64,000 nucleotides of DNA from Candidatus Bathyarchaeia archaeon. GTDB taxonomy: Archaea > Thermoproteota > Bathyarchaeia > Bathyarchaeales > Bathycorpusculaceae. Of the stretch, positions 60,753 to 64,000 are shown piece after piece (position 1 is the first letter of the stretch; each line of letters opens with the position of its first letter). The notes under the pieces were generated by a model. It searched no databases, was not told where the DNA came from, and saw only the letters and a list, made by a program, of their open reading frames with translations. The stretch covers positions 1 through 64,000 of the forward strand of contig JAVZLK010000005.1 of the NCBI GenBank assembly GCA_038883795.1, read 5' to 3'. A program made the position numbers and the translations under genes.

Positions 60753-61624
60753 CAACATATGCTTTATTCCTTGGCTGCACCATACCCGCCCGCCAACCAC
60801 ATTATGAATTGTCTGCAAGAAAAGCCTTAACAAAATTAGGAATAGAACTTGTCGACTTAGATAATATGACATGCTGTGCTCCTCCACCGCTGCAGTCAAT
60901 AGATTTGGAAACAAGCTTAGCTATTGCTGCCCACAATATTTGTATAGCCGAAGAGGCAGACCTTAACATAGTTACTCTTTGCACGGGTTGTTTCGAATCC
61001 CTGGCAATGGCGAATGCCATTTTAAAAAAGAATGAAGAACTGAAAGCGAAAGTGAACAAAATCCTTTCCAGCGTTGGGAAAGAGTTTAAGGGCAATAAAG
61101 AAGTTAGGCATTACCTTCAAGTTTTGATGAATGACGTGGGCTTAAAACGCTTAGAAAAGAGCGTAGTTAAAAAATTAAATAACTTGAAAGTGGCATCCTT
61201 TTCTGGTTGCCACCTCCTTAGACCTAGCGCTCTCTTAAAATTTGACGACCCAGAACGCCCACGAATCTTCGATAACCTAATTGAAGCCTTAGGCGCAAAA
61301 AGCATTTGGTATCGAAACAAGCTAAAATGTTGTGGAGGACTTTTGAGAGGCTATGCTGATGATGTTGCCTTAGCCATTGCGAAAGATAAAATTGTAAACG
61401 CTACTAGGGCTGGTGCTGATTGCATATCAACCCTTTGTCCCTTCTGCTTCTTAACATTAGACTTGGGACAGATGCTCATAAAATCCACTTACAAAGAAGA
61501 ATACAACATGCCAATCATCCACTATTCTGAACTTCTAAGCCTAAGTTTGGGAATAGACCCAAAAGAGCTTGCCCTTGACTTTCACAAGGTAAAAGTGGAC
61601 CCAGTACTGAACAAGATAGGTTAA
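60749..61624 (+). CDS. hdrB: Heterodisulfide reductase subunit B
   Basis: FLGC, CCAP, CTGC, SGCH, CCGG, CPFC. Confidence 0.94.
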   Translation: MTTYALFLGCTIPARQPHYELSARKALTKLGIELVDLDNMTCCAPPPLQSIDLETSLAIAAHNICIAEEADLNIVTLCTGCFESLAMANAILKKNEELKAKVNKILSSVGKEFKGNKEVRHYLQVLMNDVGLKRLEKSVVKKLNNLKVASFSGCHLLRPSALLKFDDPERPRIFDNLIEALGAKSIWYRNKLKCCGGLLRGYADDVALAIAKDKIVNATRAGADCISTLCPFCFLTLDLGQMLIKSTYKEEYNMPIIHYSELLSLSLGIDPKELALDFHKVKVDPVLNKIG

Positions 61625-61696
61625 GCCAAAAATTTCGTCTTATAGACGGAAAGCGTTAATAGTTTGAAGCTTCACCCAATTTTTGGGAAGCCTAAA

Positions 61697-61894
61697 ATGA
61701 AAATAGTTGCTTTAAAAGAGCATACTTGCTATTGTTGTGGAGAAACAATAAAAAAGGGTGAAGAATGCATCGCCTTATTTGTAAATCCTTCTAACCCAGC
61801 CAAAAATGAATTTGATGTGATTTATACATGCCTAAAATGTTTCGGAGAAGAAGCTTGCAAGATTAGGATAGAGAAAAGAAAAGCAGCTCCATAA
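61697..61894 (+). CDS. Small zinc-finger-like protein
   Basis: CYCCGETIKKGE...YTCLKC; ATG at 61697 (ORF track starts at TTG 61664). Confidence 0.65.
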   Translation: MKIVALKEHTCYCCGETIKKGEECIALFVNPSNPAKNEFDVIYTCLKCFGEEACKIRIEKRKAAP

Positions 61895-61898
61895 TGTT

Positions 61899-62372
61899 TT
61901 AACTATTATTGTTTAATTTTGGAATGTAAACTTCAAAAGCCTCATTATTATTACACTTCACAACCATATCTTCAATCTTTAAACGCTCAACTGGAAGGTT
62001 TAATTTTTGACATTCGTCAACGCAAACTTCTATTCCATTCAAGTCTTTGTGGCATTTTTTCTTGCAGATCTCTAAACCATCCACACCTGTATGAACTGTA
62101 ACTTTTTGGTCTCTACAGCGGCATTGCATCAATATCCTAACGTAATTTTCATTTTCGAAAACATCAATTAATGGTTCTTCCAACTGCGGAAGCGGAATAA
62201 AATGTTTAACTGGGCTTGATTCAACTTGTTCACTTATTATGTATTTTCTGTAAAGAAGCCTTTCCATCGGTTCCACAACAACATCGCTCTTTTCTTCCTC
62301 TTCAGCAATTTTCTTAGCTAAGACCTTGCAGAAAACATCGATATTTCGTAATGCTTCTTCAAAATCATCCAA
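61899..62372 (-). CDS. Divergent Cys-rich Hsp20-like protein
   Basis: EEPLIDVFE...LNLP...CNNNEAFEVYIPK resembles the alpha-crystallin pattern; 8 Cys. Confidence 0.55.
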   Translation of the reverse strand: MDDFEEALRNIDVFCKVLAKKIAEEEEKSDVVVEPMERLLYRKYIISEQVESSPVKHFIPLPQLEEPLIDVFENENYVRILMQCRCRDQKVTVHTGVDGLEICKKKCHKDLNGIEVCVDECQKLNLPVERLKIEDMVVKCNNNEAFEVYIPKLNNNS

Positions 62373-62456
62373 GGTCTCGACGCCTCTGTATTTATATTAT
62401 TTACTTTTATCCTTAAAAGGCTTCTTATGTTATAAATAACGCATAAATGATTTAGT

Positions 62457-63587
62457 TTACGCCTTCTTTTTCACCGGCAATGGTGTGGTTCGAACGTGCT
62501 TCACTACCCGAATAATATGCTCTACATCTTTTCTCGGCTGCTCCAACGCTCTGTTTATTGCTATATCCGCAATTGTCGCTCCTTTATCTGCAATCTTGTT
62601 CAAACAAGAAATGTTCGCCCTTAAATACGGAATTTCAGGAGCTTCTCGCATAAGTTTTTCTGCTTCCATTTCTAGCACGTTCTTCATTTCCAACACCCCA
62701 TTGGCAACTTTAAGATCTCTTGTGAAGATGCAGTCTAAGGCTTTCTGGAAAATAGTCTGTGTCAACTCGCCCATATGATAAATCCTTTCCACAATCTCTT
62801 TTGGAATTCTATCTCTGTAAGGTTCTAACTCGATAATTTTTTTCGCTATGTCTTCAGAATAGTCTGCGATCAACTCTAAATATTGCAATATTAAACGGGT
62901 GGCGGGAATAAAGAGGATATCCGTTGCTCCTACTTGCTCTGCCACCGCAGGTTTTGCTTGTGCAGAAAGGAGCAAACGCACCGCCAAATAATAAATAGTG
63001 TCTGCTTCATCTTCTCGGCTGACTGCCTCATTGGCTAAAGAATAGTTTTTCTCTAAGAAAGCTTGCATAGCCTCAGACAAAATTGTTGAAGCAATCAAGG
63101 ACAATCGTCTAATAAGCATGTCAATTTTAAACTTGGCTGGGTCCACGGAGCATTGCAACAAAATATTGTTTGGCGTTTCTTCCAGAATACCTAAACCAAT
63201 GAGTTTGCGAACAATTCTCCGAATTTCATCCACATGCATCTTCCCTATTCTACTGGAAGAAGTTACCCTTATAACATCTCGTCCAAGAATATAGCTTCCG
63301 ACAATTATTCTTTCCAGCATGCCATGCTCATCGCATGCATCTGCATTTATTATGTATTCTTCTGCTTCCTCTTTCAGCGCCATCTGACTTGGCACGATTT
63401 TTAATGTGCCGTCTCTTTCTGGTATGAGGAAGACAAGGTCTCCTGGGTTGATGTTGTTTTGTTTTGCCCATTCGCTTGGTAGTGAAACTGTCATAGTTGA
63501 GTATCCTACTTTTTGAACTTTTCTGCTTTCCAAAATAGATTCCTTCGGATGGTATTTACTATTATTTGTTTTATATGCATTACGCAT
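62457..63587 (-). CDS. AbrB-PhoU phosphate uptake regulator
   Basis: RKVQKVG.ST..VSLP..W (AbrB domain) plus PhoU repeats (EDEAD, LELIAD); true start may be slightly downstream. Confidence 0.88.
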   Translation of the reverse strand: MRNAYKTNNSKYHPKESILESRKVQKVGYSTMTVSLPSEWAKQNNINPGDLVFLIPERDGTLKIVPSQMALKEEAEEYIINADACDEHGMLERIIVGSYILGRDVIRVTSSSRIGKMHVDEIRRIVRKLIGLGILEETPNNILLQCSVDPAKFKIDMLIRRLSLIASTILSEAMQAFLEKNYSLANEAVSREDEADTIYYLAVRLLLSAQAKPAVAEQVGATDILFIPATRLILQYLELIADYSEDIAKKIIELEPYRDRIPKEIVERIYHMGELTQTIFQKALDCIFTRDLKVANGVLEMKNVLEMEAEKLMREAPEIPYLRANISCLNKIADKGATIADIAINRALEQPRKDVEHIIRVVKHVRTTPLPVKKKA

Positions 63588-63648
63588 ATCTCTTCTATTA
63601 TGTTATGTATTAGCTAAATATTAAGGAAAGGAAAAATGATGAAAGGTT

Positions 63649-63891
63649 GTGAAATTTTTGGAGGCATCAATGATGGAAAAGCCTATTAGGAGTTTGGTTA
63701 AAGCTATTTCTTGGCGAATTGTTGCAACCCTCACTACGATACTTTTGGTTGTTGTGTTTAGTAAAGATTTGGTTTTAGGCACAGTTGTGGGGATCACGGA
63801 ACTTATAGTGAAGACTGTTGTCTATTACGTTCATGAACGTGTTTGGAATTTATCCAACTTCGGTAGAGAAGTCAAAAGCAAAGTGCAGTAA
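63649..63891 (+). CDS. DUF2061-like small membrane protein
   Basis: RSLVKAISWR and YYVHERVW signatures. Confidence 0.85.
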   Translation: MKFLEASMMEKPIRSLVKAISWRIVATLTTILLVVVFSKDLVLGTVVGITELIVKTVVYYVHERVWNLSNFGREVKSKVQ

Positions 63892-64000
63892 TCATTTCGG
63901 TGTCGATGTGGGGGCGCTCTAAATATGGTATTTACTATTATAATTTATAAATGCACTAAGTATATATTTAATTCTTCAACTATATATAACTCAAGATTAA

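Noticed and set aside
50021-61624. Selenocysteine recoding in HdrA, MvhD or MvhA
   Set aside because: All frames are continuous and MvhA carries its own DPCFAC motif; no in-frame TGA is needed.
55409-61624. Methanogenesis inferred from mvh-hdr
   Set aside because: No mcr or mtr genes in the window, and Mvh-Hdr is common in non-methanogens; cannot be decided here.
63892-64000. TATATA-rich stretch as possible PhoU-regulator sites
   Set aside because: Truncated by the window edge and indistinguishable from ordinary promoter sequence.

Overview
Archaeal chromosomal segment, most likely from a Bathyarchaeia (TACK) anaerobe; the taxon is inferred from archaeal-type ribosomal proteins and gene content. 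From left to right: (1) the right edge of a probable integrated element (tyrosine integrase C-terminus, short degenerate repeats, tRNA-Cys); (2) a MoeB/ThiF E1 enzyme and ATP-dependent DNA ligase; (3) a three-gene unit of an amidohydrolase, a threonine-synthase-fold protein whose PLP lysine is replaced by Arg and which carries a PadR-type wHTH, and an HmpT-like ECF S component with a perfect 24-bp palindrome over its promoter; (4) glycosyltransferase genes; (5) the L22-to-cmk ribosomal protein superoperon with an inserted Hsp20 gene; (6) hypCDEF; (7) a complete beta-oxidation cluster with EtfAB; (8) a HEPN-MNT toxin-antitoxin pair; (9) a redox cluster of NfnAB, a tandem (ferredoxin-MvhD)x2 protein, TrxB, two unannotated CxxC microproteins, an HdrD-like protein, two HdrA-MvhD fusions with complementary loss of cluster ligands, an ACD-GNAT fusion, MvhGA and HdrCB. 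The strongest novelty candidates are the putative vitamin B6-sensing pseudoenzyme regulator with its operator and the asymmetric HdrA pair. All calls come from motif recognition by eye; no database searches were run.
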